From Psammoneis japonica (lineage: Eukaryota): DNA of 64,000 nucleotides. Location of the stretch: NCBI GenBank assembly GCA_008632985.1, contig QPGO01000019.1:558001-622000 (forward strand), in the 5' to 3' direction. The position numbers and the translations under genes were made by a program. The notes beneath the pieces are model-generated. The model ran no database searches, had not been told where the DNA came from, and saw only the letters and a program-made list of their open reading frames with translations. Below are positions 52,240 to 62,550 of the stretch, piece after piece (the first letter of the stretch is position 1; each line of letters starts with the position of its first letter).

Positions 52240-52965
52240 GTGGTGCCTCTGATGACATGGGTGTGCACACTGCACTTCGCACAATGCTGCGTGCAGCCAG
52301 ATGGCATGTTCGCACAGTGTTGGGGAACAAAATGGATGGAACCAGATCTGCAAATTTGTTCCCTGTTTTCCTGGCCACTGTCTCAGCAGCACCACACAAG
52401 TGCACATGCTTGTGTGCATGTTTCCACATTGGACATGTTTGTGCATTCATTGTTGCGGCCATTCAGCAAAGCCAGCGCTGCATCATGTCATCGATGTTGC
52501 AGCCAAGCCGAAGTGGTGGCAGGAAATCTGTGATTCTTGGCACCAAGACGGTGGGCCCAGCACAAGGAGAGAACACCTTGTGGGTGGCCATGCTCTTGGC
52601 AGAGTCACCACGCAAGCGACAGCAGCACGCAGCAGGAGGCAGACAGCCAGACGATGACGAGAGGCTGCCCCAGCTCCCATCATTGTGTTTGGTGGACTGC
52701 CGGTGATGATGGGATCAGAGGATGAGTGGACCCAACATGGGCCGGCAATGCTGAAAAATTCCCACCCTGCCCAGCCCTCTGTTCACACAGTGTTGGGGAA
52801 CAAAATGGACAGCACCAAATTCGAAGATTTGTTCCCTGTTTTCCCAGCTGAGCTGTCTCAGCAGCACCACACGAACACATGCTCGTGTGTGTTTCTATAC
52901 ATTAGATGCATCCGTGCATCGATTGTTGCGGCCATTTGGTAGCTTGCACTGTGTCATGTCATCGG
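52240..52965 (-). repeat. Right arm of the modular inverted repeat
   Basis: Reverse-complement similarity to 41540-42470, with two internal subunits (~52310-52495, ~52780-52965). Confidence 0.8.
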
Positions 52966-53247
52966 GATAGGGCCTCTAGTAGCTAGAGCCAAGCCAGGCT
53001 CTCTCTACTCTGTAAAGTAGCTAGCAGTAGAGTAGAGAGAGCGGGAATCTGCGATTCTTCTCCGAATTCATTGTATGTCACATACCAGTACCGTACATAC
53101 ATATGGCAGACAATTACCGTACTGATGACGTGTCACGATCTGGCATCAGCGCAGGCGAGCACGCTAGCCCTATGTACCATACGCCGCTGAGCGCTCTGAG
53201 CACACAAAAAGCACGATGCCACCACGCTCAGTTTATTTCGACCGACC

Positions 53248-54762
53248 ATGACAATTACACCCACGACGGCAAAAATGAGAATGACGAATAACAAGAAGCA
53301 AGAGAATGAGAAAAGTCTCTCGGGTTGTCCCTACTCGACAAGTGTATCGAATTCATCCTCCAAGGACTATTCAACACTTCTTCAGGAGTGCCCGGCGTTT
53401 CAGAAGAACTCGGGTTGCCCCTTCAAGAACTCGACGTCTCCTAAAGAGATTCAGCAAGAGCTTTTGAAGGTACCACCGTCTCACTTGGAATCCAAGGAAA
53501 GTCCCTTTCACAAGGCACTGGAGCAGCTGCATAAAGTGGCAACTACAGCGGAACCGGCCTCGCAATTCGAACTGATGGGCGGGTGTCCCATGCAAACATA
53601 CCATCCTGACCAAGACGTTCCGTTTACACAAGCGCTCGAAGAGTGGTCCCTAGCATCCATCATGGCAAAGATGGCTAACGATCTGGAAAAGAACTTGGAA
53701 GATAGTGACGAAGAAAACAATCATGATATTGTGAATAAGCGGAGTATAATAATGTCGGAAGAGTCGTCTCATGTGCCCGTCTCTTCCCCTCGTTCTGAAA
53801 AGGTTAGTTTGGCTCATGCTCTCAAGACTGGCACAGCCAGTGCACACGAGGCTGCTGAAGACGTTCACTTTGTACGCAACTTTATTCGAGGTGATATTGA
53901 TCGGGACTTGTATCGAGAGTTGGTGATGGATTTGTACTTTGTCTATCAGGCACTTGAGGATGCACTAGACAAGCACGCACCGACATATTTCGGCTCTTGT
54001 CACTTTCCAAACGAGTTGGAACGTACACCAGCCTTGTTGGAGGATGTTGATTTCTGGCATGGATCGACAGATTTGCCATCCATGAGTGAGGCGACTCGCG
54101 ATTATGTGGACCGTATTCGCGTCCTGGCGGACACGGAACCGCTCTTGCTGTTGTCTCATGCTTATACACGTTATCTGGGTGACTTGAGCGGTGGCAAGGT
54201 TTTGGCACGTGTAGCACGCAGGTCACTACATCTTGACAGAAAGGAAAAGGACGGTCTTGCCTTTTATCACTTTGATAACATTTCGAGTGCCAAACTCTTC
54301 AAGGACAAGTATCGTCAAGCGTTGGATGATTTGCCGCTCGACAAATCACAAGTGTCGGCGCTCGTCAAGGAAGCTAACATTGCCTTTCTATTGAATATGC
54401 GAATTTTTCAAGAATTGGATGTCAAGGCTGGTATTCAACCCAGACTACCACCGCTGGAAGAGTCACTGGCGGCGTTTATGCAAGACGGAACGACAAGTTC
54501 TGCGACTTCCGAAGCGGAGTGTCCGTTTGCAAACAAGCGCAGCAGTAACATTGACGTCAAGGTCCCACCAAATAATGAATGTCCCTTTGCCAAGACAGAT
54601 GTAGCCTCAACCGTACTAAAACCAAAAGGAAAGTGTCCGTGGCCCTTTATTTTGGCGCACGACCCGCAAGAGGGCTTGCGCCAATGGCAGACATGGCTGG
54701 TGTTGGGTGCGATTCTTTGTTGGTCTTGGTCCCGCTTTGTTGCCAACTATGTACAGAATTGA
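53248..54762 (+). CDS. Heme oxygenase with multiple Cys-Pro motifs and C-terminal membrane anchor
   Basis: LKTGTASAHEAAE (proximal His) and HAYTRYLGDLSGG (distal helix); hydrophobic C-terminus. The start may be a nearby downstream ATG. Confidence 0.92.
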   Translation: MTITPTTAKMRMTNNKKQENEKSLSGCPYSTSVSNSSSKDYSTLLQECPAFQKNSGCPFKNSTSPKEIQQELLKVPPSHLESKESPFHKALEQLHKVATTAEPASQFELMGGCPMQTYHPDQDVPFTQALEEWSLASIMAKMANDLEKNLEDSDEENNHDIVNKRSIIMSEESSHVPVSSPRSEKVSLAHALKTGTASAHEAAEDVHFVRNFIRGDIDRDLYRELVMDLYFVYQALEDALDKHAPTYFGSCHFPNELERTPALLEDVDFWHGSTDLPSMSEATRDYVDRIRVLADTEPLLLLSHAYTRYLGDLSGGKVLARVARRSLHLDRKEKDGLAFYHFDNISSAKLFKDKYRQALDDLPLDKSQVSALVKEANIAFLLNMRIFQELDVKAGIQPRLPPLEESLAAFMQDGTTSSATSEAECPFANKRSSNIDVKVPPNNECPFAKTDVASTVLKPKGKCPWPFILAHDPQEGLRQWQTWLVLGAILCWSWSRFVANYVQN

Positions 54763-55370
54763 ATTTATTTTAGAAATAGCTTCTTGCAAGGATCACTGTT
54801 TAGCATGAGGCCGCAGAGTAATTCTTTTTGTCACATTCGGACTTGATTTCACAAGCGACCTGACCGAACTTGCGTATAAATAAAAGTTACAGTGGTAATT
54901 TCTCCTCAGTTTCGAAGGTACGCTCAAGCACACTGATCTGATCCTCCCGATTTAGATACTCTGATGACCGTGATATATTGTTCTCGAAACTGAATACCCA
55001 TTCTTGTTGGCGACAAATCGCAATCACTTACATTTAAAGTGTTTGCACTGATGTTCACAGCAATCGGCAGCGCTGCCACAATGCGGGCTTTCTATTGCTG
55101 TGCGACACACGGTCGCATCGACGCATAAGCTTGCCTTTTTATTCCACTGGCAAAATTCTTCTTCTTGAACGCACTTTTGCGCATCAGATTGACCTAAGCA
55201 ACTTTGGCCGACAGTGGACGAAGACGTCCCGTAAGGAATAGGGTGGGCGTCACACTAGAGATTCGGGAGCTGTTCTGCAAGGTTCGCCTGGTAGGCGATT
55301 CAATCGGAGAAAATGTTGGACTGGTGGATGGCATTTTGGTTGGGTGTGAGCTGGGATGAAAGAAAAGAGT

Positions 55371-58300
55371 CTAAGATGGAAAAGATGTCGCCTCAGGATT
55401 TGAGCTGGGAAAACTGCTCGGGGTAGAGGTAGGATGATTGGTCGGAGCGATACTCGGGGCTGTCGTTGGGCTGGACGATGGGGCGTCACTCGGCGATGAT
55501 CTGGGTACCATTGGAGAAATTGAGGGACTAAAAGATGGATAGCGACTGGAAAAGGGGCTTGGCTGTGTTGTAAGTTCAGCTGTTGGCGCGAAAGATGGAC
55601 GATGGCTTAGGAACATGTTGGGTGGTGTACTTGGGGCAAAGGAAGGGCTACTGGACGGAGAGTAATGACCAACGGATGGACTGTTGGATGGAAAGAGACT
55701 TGTTGGTGGAATTGAGGGCAAAGGTTTGAAGGTTGGGGCGTCACTCGGTTCGGCTGAAAGATCATCTGCTGTTGGTACATCACTAGGAACCCTACTCGGG
55801 ACTGTAGGTGGAGCAGTTGAGGATACCGTTGAGGGCATTACAGATGGCACATTGCTTGGTTCGAATGATGGCAATTTCGAAGGTACATCACTCTGGGCTA
55901 TACTTGGTACCGATGATGGAGCAAAGGATGGTACGGCTGAAGGTGTAGAGTATGGCACATTGCTTGGTTCGAATGATGGCGTTGTCGAAGGCATATCACT
56001 CGGAGATAAAGTTGGCACTACTGGCGGAGCAAAGGAAGGTACCGCTGAAGGTTTCAAGGATGGCACATCACTGGGTTTGGACAATGGTATTGTGGAAGGC
56101 ACATCGCTCGGAGCTACACTTGGCACTGCTGAAAGAGTAACGAAAGTTACGGCTGAAGGTGTCAAAGATGGCACGTCGCTGGTTTCGGACGATGGTATTA
56201 CCGGTATGGAAGGCACATCACTCGGAGCTAAACTTGGTACTGATGTTGGATCAAAGGAAGGTACGGCTGAAGGTGTCGAGGATGGCACATTGCTTGGTTC
56301 AAATGATGGCGTTGTCGAAGGCATATCACTCGGAGATACACTTGGCACTACTGACGGAGCAAAGGAAAGTACCGCTGAAGGTTTCAAGGATGGCACATCA
56401 CTGGGTTTGGACAATGGTATTGTGGAAGGCACATCACTCGGAGGTGCACTTGGCACTGCTGAAGGAGCAACGGAAGGTAAATCGCTGGGTTCAGACGACT
56501 GAGTTGTCGAAGGTACATCACTCGGGGCTGCACTTGGCACTGCCGATGGAGCAACGGAAGGTACTTCCGAAGGCGTCAAGGATGGTACATTGCTGTCACT
56601 CGGAGCGACACTTGGTGCTGCTGAAGGGATAGAGCCGACAATATCGTCCACCGATATGAAGTCAAAGGTGACCGCACCATCAGGTTCGAATTTGATATTT
56701 GTAATTGTGTGACCGGTTTCATATATGTTTCCATTTTGATAGGAATCCGTGTTCGGATAGAGACGATTGCCACATAACTCTCCACAACCTGTTGATGGAC
56801 CAAGGCTCAAGTTGTTTTGTCCATCCCACACATCTCCACCGTCTCCGCGGTTTCGGTTCCGCTCTAAGTCATAGTTTCCGTCCGCTTGTAGAACTGCGAC
56901 ACGGTAATGGTTTCCGTTTTCTGGCCAACCCGACTGAAATGGATGTCCTTCGGCTCTGTGACCAACTCGCGGCCGGCCCCCTTTACTGTCATCGATTTTG
57001 AATACAATGAGGCCGGATTTGGGAAGCCTTCCATCAAAGCCAATCGCTTGCCGATTTTCAATAAACAGATACTCTTTTTCTGGATATCCTAAGTCAACCC
57101 TGTAATACTCACTGAAAGAAAATGAAGGCCTTAAGTTGACTCCACGTTGATAGGAATTCAACGGCTTCACGTTGGCCCACCCCAGCATATTTTTACACCA
57201 GGGATCGAGCGACGGGGGATAGAGCATGGACCCTTCGAAACCCCAGACATTCCCCATGGTACTGAACGATCCGATTCCCTGCCCTCCACCGTCTAGGTCG
57301 TAAAGGTCTGGAAGACCAAATAGATGCGATATCTCATGTACCAATGTACCAATTCTCAGTATAGAATCGCCCCTGATGTCCCAAAATGCTGGCACGATAA
57401 CAAAATTCTGAACTATTGTCCCATCACTTGAAGTCCATCCATTAGATGGGAGCCACCATTGAAATGAAAAAATACGATCTGCGTTACTGGCTCCATAAGC
57501 ATCCGTTCCACCATGTTCTGCACCATAGCCAGAGTGAATAACGGTCAACAACTCAATAACGCCGTCTCCATCGTTGTCGAACTCCGCAAAATTGAATCCT
57601 GTTCTGTCCAACTGTTTCATTGCATGTTTTATCACTTTCCTTATCTTTTGTGACCGACCACTTCTTCCGTTTGCAGTAAATGCCTCGGTGTAGTTCAAAG
57701 CTACCCATGGTACAACAGTGCTGTTGAGGTCGATGCGGCCTCCGCTGTTTGTTGAAAAGTAGTCCCTGACACTCCCTGTTGGACTCAACTCATCGTGTGG
57801 CAGGTCGCTGTTTAGCAACGTCCCAAAGTCTTCTGTGCTTGGTCGATTCGTTCGTTCAATGTGATCTGAAAAAATTACTGGGACCACCAAGTTCTTCACT
57901 TCAATTTTTTCATGGGTGAGATCCCCCTGGTGTTTGTCTTGTTTTTGCTGAACAAGGTTGAGTGCTGTTGGAGGTCCCTTTTCGCAAAACTCTCCACATT
58001 CCAATCTGATGATATCCGGTGATGCGTGCTCTCCTTTTCTAATACCTGCACTTTCTGGGTCTGTTTTGCCTACAGGTAGCTCGTGCAAGATTTTCAGCTC
58101 ACCGTTGGAGGATTGTTTACAATAAAACCAGTTGTTAGTCTCCCGCGGAATGAGCGATTCGTCAGTTATAGTGCCATTGTAAGAATCAAGCTTCTGTGGT
58201 GGTTTCACACTTTTTTCAGGAGCCACAGTGTAGCCATTTTCATCTTCGAACCAGTAGTAGGCGGCATTTCCTCGAATGAACAACTTTCCTGTGGACGAGC

Positions 58301-58406
58301 CGTCAGATTGTATTTCTGTAAAGGACGCCGGCGAAGCCGTAATGTCGGCAACAGTAAGAACAGGAAAGATACAGAGAAGCAGATAAAGAAGTCTCCTCTT
58401 GTTCAT
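55371..58406 (-). CDS. Secreted M6-family (immune inhibitor A-like) metalloprotease with long Pro/Ser/Thr repeat stalk
   Basis: Signal peptide from ATG at 58406; FDNDGDG, HSGYGAE, IGTLVHEISHLFGLPDLYD, EYLFIENRQ; PSxVPS repeats. Confidence 0.9.
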   Translation of the reverse strand: MNKRRLLYLLLCIFPVLTVADITASPASFTEIQSDGSSTGKLFIRGNAAYYWFEDENGYTVAPEKSVKPPQKLDSYNGTITDESLIPRETNNWFYCKQSSNGELKILHELPVGKTDPESAGIRKGEHASPDIIRLECGEFCEKGPPTALNLVQQKQDKHQGDLTHEKIEVKNLVVPVIFSDHIERTNRPSTEDFGTLLNSDLPHDELSPTGSVRDYFSTNSGGRIDLNSTVVPWVALNYTEAFTANGRSGRSQKIRKVIKHAMKQLDRTGFNFAEFDNDGDGVIELLTVIHSGYGAEHGGTDAYGASNADRIFSFQWWLPSNGWTSSDGTIVQNFVIVPAFWDIRGDSILRIGTLVHEISHLFGLPDLYDLDGGGQGIGSFSTMGNVWGFEGSMLYPPSLDPWCKNMLGWANVKPLNSYQRGVNLRPSFSFSEYYRVDLGYPEKEYLFIENRQAIGFDGRLPKSGLIVFKIDDSKGGRPRVGHRAEGHPFQSGWPENGNHYRVAVLQADGNYDLERNRNRGDGGDVWDGQNNLSLGPSTGCGELCGNRLYPNTDSYQNGNIYETGHTITNIKFEPDGAVTFDFISVDDIVGSIPSAAPSVAPSDSNVPSLTPSEVPSVAPSAVPSAAPSDVPSTTQSSEPSDLPSVAPSAVPSAPPSDVPSTIPLSKPSDVPSLKPSAVLSFAPSVVPSVSPSDMPSTTPSFEPSNVPSSTPSAVPSFDPTSVPSLAPSDVPSIPVIPSSETSDVPSLTPSAVTFVTLSAVPSVAPSDVPSTIPLSKPSDVPSLKPSAVPSFAPPVVPTLSPSDMPSTTPSFEPSNVPYSTPSAVPSFAPSSVPSIAQSDVPSKLPSFEPSNVPSVMPSTVSSTAPPTVPSRVPSDVPTADDLSAEPSDAPTFKPLPSIPPTSLFPSNSPSVGHYSPSSSPSFAPSTPPNMFLSHRPSFAPTAELTTQPSPFSSRYPSFSPSISPMVPRSSPSDAPSSSPTTAPSIAPTNHPTSTPSSFPSSNPEATSFPS

Positions 58407-59982
58407 TCTAAACACACTAAACAAACGCAATGGCCTCCTTACTTGACTTTGTGAGAAAAAGAAAAGGGAGGTTTTCTCCTTTCCTCAATTTGAAATTTCA
58501 ACTTGTATGTGGGTTCGTGCTTCCGCGACCTAGAAATATTCATGGATATTAATATCGGGGGATTTAATATTGTTAGTTATAAGTTTATCAATGACATATA
58601 TTGTAAAATAATACTATAGGAATTATTCACCATTACATTTTTTGTATATTATAATGCTATGAATAAAGAAAGAAAAGCAAAAAATCCAACACAAGGATGA
58701 TTCCTGTTCATGTTGATGTTCCTTGTTTCTTTCAGATCGGTGCATGTTGCATTTTCAATTTGGAGCCCAGAGAGGCTTCCTGCTCGACAGTAGATTCGAA
58801 AGGCACGTGATAATTCCAACAGTAGCTATCCGGGTAAGTGCATGGTGCAGCGGGGTTTCTTTCCATTCTGAATCGAAATTGACGGCATGAGAAAATTCGT
58901 CCCTACCGACGACAACGGCGGTGGGGTTGGGATCCATGATGAGTAAGTACGGAGGAGAGAGGGATCACCATGGGTTCAAGGTGTCCATGGGCGGACAATA
59001 GTCCTCGCTTTTTCTCGCACGTCTCGATGGTCATGACGTCAAGTGCCATGTGTTTGGACGGTAATACGGCATCAATGGACAGGAGCAGTATTCCGGCAAA
59101 AACGCTTCAGCGAGCGCTCTTGATCACAAGTTCAAAGTCACAAAACGGACACGATCCCCAAATTGTTGCAACTGAGACTCCTCCAAACAATGTGAGTGCT
59201 CAGTTTGGAAGGTTTGAGTGCCGCTCGTGTTTGGAAAATCCTTTTTTGCCCACCCTCTGCATGGAAAGCAATGACGGAACGGAGCGAATATGTATCCACC
59301 AGCGACAGCGGCGAATCTTTGATTTTGTATATTCTTATCCGGAGAATTCTGCTCTCGTAGAAAAAGAAGAGAATGTAGTGATCTTTGAACCCTCAAGCCT
59401 TTCCCGTACTGCATACCAAGAAGACAATCACTGAGGGCGATCAGCAGGACTAGACTTGTTGCTTTGAGCGAGAAGAATGACAACATTGGTAGACCAAGTT
59501 GATCTGCATGTCTTCTTGCGAAAGAGCAAGTAAACTTGTACAACACGAGGTGTTTTACAAGTGCCTTGACAGTAATTTAAAAGAAGAACTTATACGGCAT
59601 TAGATTCTCAAACTACTACATCTCCCCGAGCAGTTAGCGACCGTGACTGACTGTCGTCACAGGTTAGGTCTCGTTTACAAGGCCATCATCATGTGTTTCG
59701 TTGTTGGGCAGCTTTCATATGCAGCGATCTGCGCTCCTCGTACTGTAAGGGACTCAACTGCAAACACTCTGGTCATGGATCTGACCAGAACTCCTTCCTC
59801 TACGGGCAAGTCGCAATCCCTACTTTTTCTCTGCCTGCACAACAACAAAAAAAATGGAACTAGAACACTTGCTTTCAATGGACATAAGAAGCACAGTACT
59901 GCAGCATCTTTCCTTCATCATCGTGGGACCTGCCGACCTTAAGCTTCTCTTATCCAGCCTTCAGTAGTTCTGGACAATACAG

Positions 59983-60654
59983 CTATTGGTCACTACTGCC
60001 CAGAAAGTTCATGGTTCTCTTTTCCCATGCCTTTGGTTTGTCCTTGAATTTTTCAATACGTTTCGACTGTATAGGTAATGACTGGCAAAAATCCTCCACG
60101 ACCTTGCTTTTGACGGACCAATACACGAGGGAAAAGGGTCCGTAAAGTGTTCCAAAATATATGGGATTATTCAGTATTTCCACGTTGGCATGAAGAGCTT
60201 CAAACGCCGAGATTACAAACAAGAACCCAAACGAAATCAAGACTGCACAAAAGGGGTATGCAGGAGCCAATTTGAGGGTGGACATTGCTACCCGTAAGGC
60301 AAAATCAGCCTTGTGCAACGTGCCCTTTGCGACTCGTTGACAGTCAAAGTACAGGCAAAAAACGTAAGCTGTACCGACAAACATTATTTTTGGGACACGA
60401 CGAATCCACGCCAGTATTCGATACTCTAGCACTCGAAGATTACTTATAACGTCGTGGACGTTGAAGAAACCATAGAGTCGCTCCAACAAGTTGACGGTCA
60501 CGACAATCACCAACGCAATTCGTATGATTCTGGATCGAATAAAGAGACGTCTCAACCCAGGTAAACCCTTTTCTCCACGAGACGAGGAAGAATATAGCAG
60601 ATACTCTGTGGCCACATAGGTAAGGAAGAGGGAATTGACAATTTCGGCCATCAT
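59983..60654 (-). CDS. Hypothetical multi-pass membrane protein
   Basis: 223 aa ATG-initiated ORF with several hydrophobic segments and normal TA content. Confidence 0.7.
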   Translation of the reverse strand: MMAEIVNSLFLTYVATEYLLYSSSSRGEKGLPGLRRLFIRSRIIRIALVIVVTVNLLERLYGFFNVHDVISNLRVLEYRILAWIRRVPKIMFVGTAYVFCLYFDCQRVAKGTLHKADFALRVAMSTLKLAPAYPFCAVLISFGFLFVISAFEALHANVEILNNPIYFGTLYGPFSLVYWSVKSKVVEDFCQSLPIQSKRIEKFKDKPKAWEKRTMNFLGSSDQ

Positions 60655-60729
60655 GGTACAGGTTGTGTTGTCTTTAGTCTTTAGGCTGTATCTCTCAATC
60701 GGCTACCGGGCGGTGTTACTTTGTTTTTT

Positions 60730-62490
60730 CATCATCGTCTTGCAGTCTGTCACTGCGGACGGAGAATGGACCATGCCACGGCATGTCGTGCGTGCGTGCC
60801 GTGCGTGCTGTGCGCACGCATGATGCAAAGTTTGCAGTTTGCAAAGAAGTTTGTGGGCAAGATTTTTCTAACAAGCCATTTTGCAAAACGCAGCTTGTCA
60901 GCTGCGAAGCAGCAAACACCCAGCAAACACCTGGGAGTTGCCGGAAATGACGAAATTTTCATTTTTCCTTGTTTTTGTCTGCGTTTTCGAACACCACTGT
61001 CTTTGGAATTTTTGGCGCAGTCGACTTTGCAGAAGTTTGAGTTTTCAGCATTTTTTGCTCAGAAAAATGCAACAGATCTCATTTTGTGATTGGCCAGGTT
61101 TTTTGTTGAATTCCACCAAGGTTTGCACCACACAGGTGGCTTGTGTGGCACAGCGGGGGTGCGCCTTTGCCCCAGCTTGCTTCAGCTCTAAAAACTTCGA
61201 TTTGAGGCATTCACGATGAGCAGCTGTCTTGGGTTGCTTGAGGCTGGAAAAAGCAGTGAGACTGGCTTCAGTTTGTTTCTCAGCTTGCTTGTGGGTGGTT
61301 TCCATCTTGCCAAAGATGGTCCCTCCCCTTCTGGTGTGCTCTGCGCCTCCCCCCACCCCTGCCTCTGTGCTGCTTTTGCTCTTCAGCACAGCCTGTGTCT
61401 TCTTCGTCTTTGACCTCACATTTTGAGATGTTGCAAAATGGCGCCCCTCCAGAGTTTCAAATGGTTTTTTGTGACTGCACATGTGAGTGACACACGCGCA
61501 AGAAGTGTCTTTGTTCTTCTTGCAGCAGCAGCCTGGCCCCTCTGGTGTTTGTTCTGCTGCAAACCACATGGTCATTGAATCACCACCCTGCACTTGCTCA
61601 ATATTTTTTCAAATTAATCAGCACAATGCATTGCAGCCAATGAATTCCCATCAATTTGTGTTGATCACAGTTTTCCCCTCTGTTTTGATTGCAGCACACA
61701 ACTTGCTGCTGCCGCCGCCACCACCACACTGGGGCACAACACAAACCGGCCGGCGCCTTGATGCACAATTTGGTTGACATGGCCTGGGCTCACTTTCCCA
61801 AGCCACAGCATTGCCAATGGGCTCACGACTCATGCACATCATGTGGCCAGCTGGGCACACATCTGCCATCTCGGGCGAATGCCTCCCCCCCTCTGACCTG
61901 GCTCTGCTGCACCTGCACACACCTCCTCTCGGACAAAAAACCATTTGTGTGCATCTGGTGCATCAGGTGGCAGCAGCACAGTTTCTGGTGCCTCTGGTGT
62001 GTCCCCTGTTGACACAGTGAACAAAGCAAATGCATTTGCCAATGACGCCAATCATGTCAAAGAATGCAGGCCCCCCCTGGCCCACACAAAGCCAGCGGCA
62101 AGATGGAGATCTCTCCAAAGAAGACGACAATGAAGCCATTCATTTTGAAATGTGTCATGGTGACAACTCATTCCAGATGTCAGTTTCCGATGAAGATCAT
62201 TCGACACCACCAGTGCCCTCTTGGAGAATGAATGTGGACGCACCATGCAGTCAGATGGTGTTGGTTGGTGCAGTGCGTGCGACGATGATCAGTCCTTCCG
62301 TCTGTCGTTGGGAAATCCGCGACCACGAACGCCCGCCTTGCACAAACCAACGCGAGCCCCGATCGATAGCCACGCACCCCGCGCAAGCACGCCGCAAGCA
62401 CGCCGCACGCCGCACCACTCGAAGATCGACGAGTGCATGCAGGATCTGCATGATGCGATCGTTGTTGTCCATCGCGTCGCTTCTTGTGTC
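60730..62490. other. Small TA-depleted island, unclassified (possible transposon remnant)
   Basis: Abrupt loss of TpA between two intact genes; no recognisable domain or terminal repeat. Confidence 0.6.
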
Positions 62491-62550
62491 ACCTATCGTT
62501 GTCACTGTTACTGTCATTAGAGCGTAAAAGTAAGGCGCAGAAGATTCTAA

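Noticed and set aside
1720..52890. Hundreds of 60-300 aa Cys/His-rich ORFs in all frames within the islands
   Set aside because: By-product of losing TAA/TAG stop codons and Tyr codons; not credible genes.
55684..56502. 272-aa Gly-rich plus-strand ORF
   Set aside because: Antisense shadow of the Pro/Ser/Thr repeats of the M6 protease.
58700..59950. ORFs 58970-59434 and 59124-59546
   Set aside because: Overlapping, short and without motifs.
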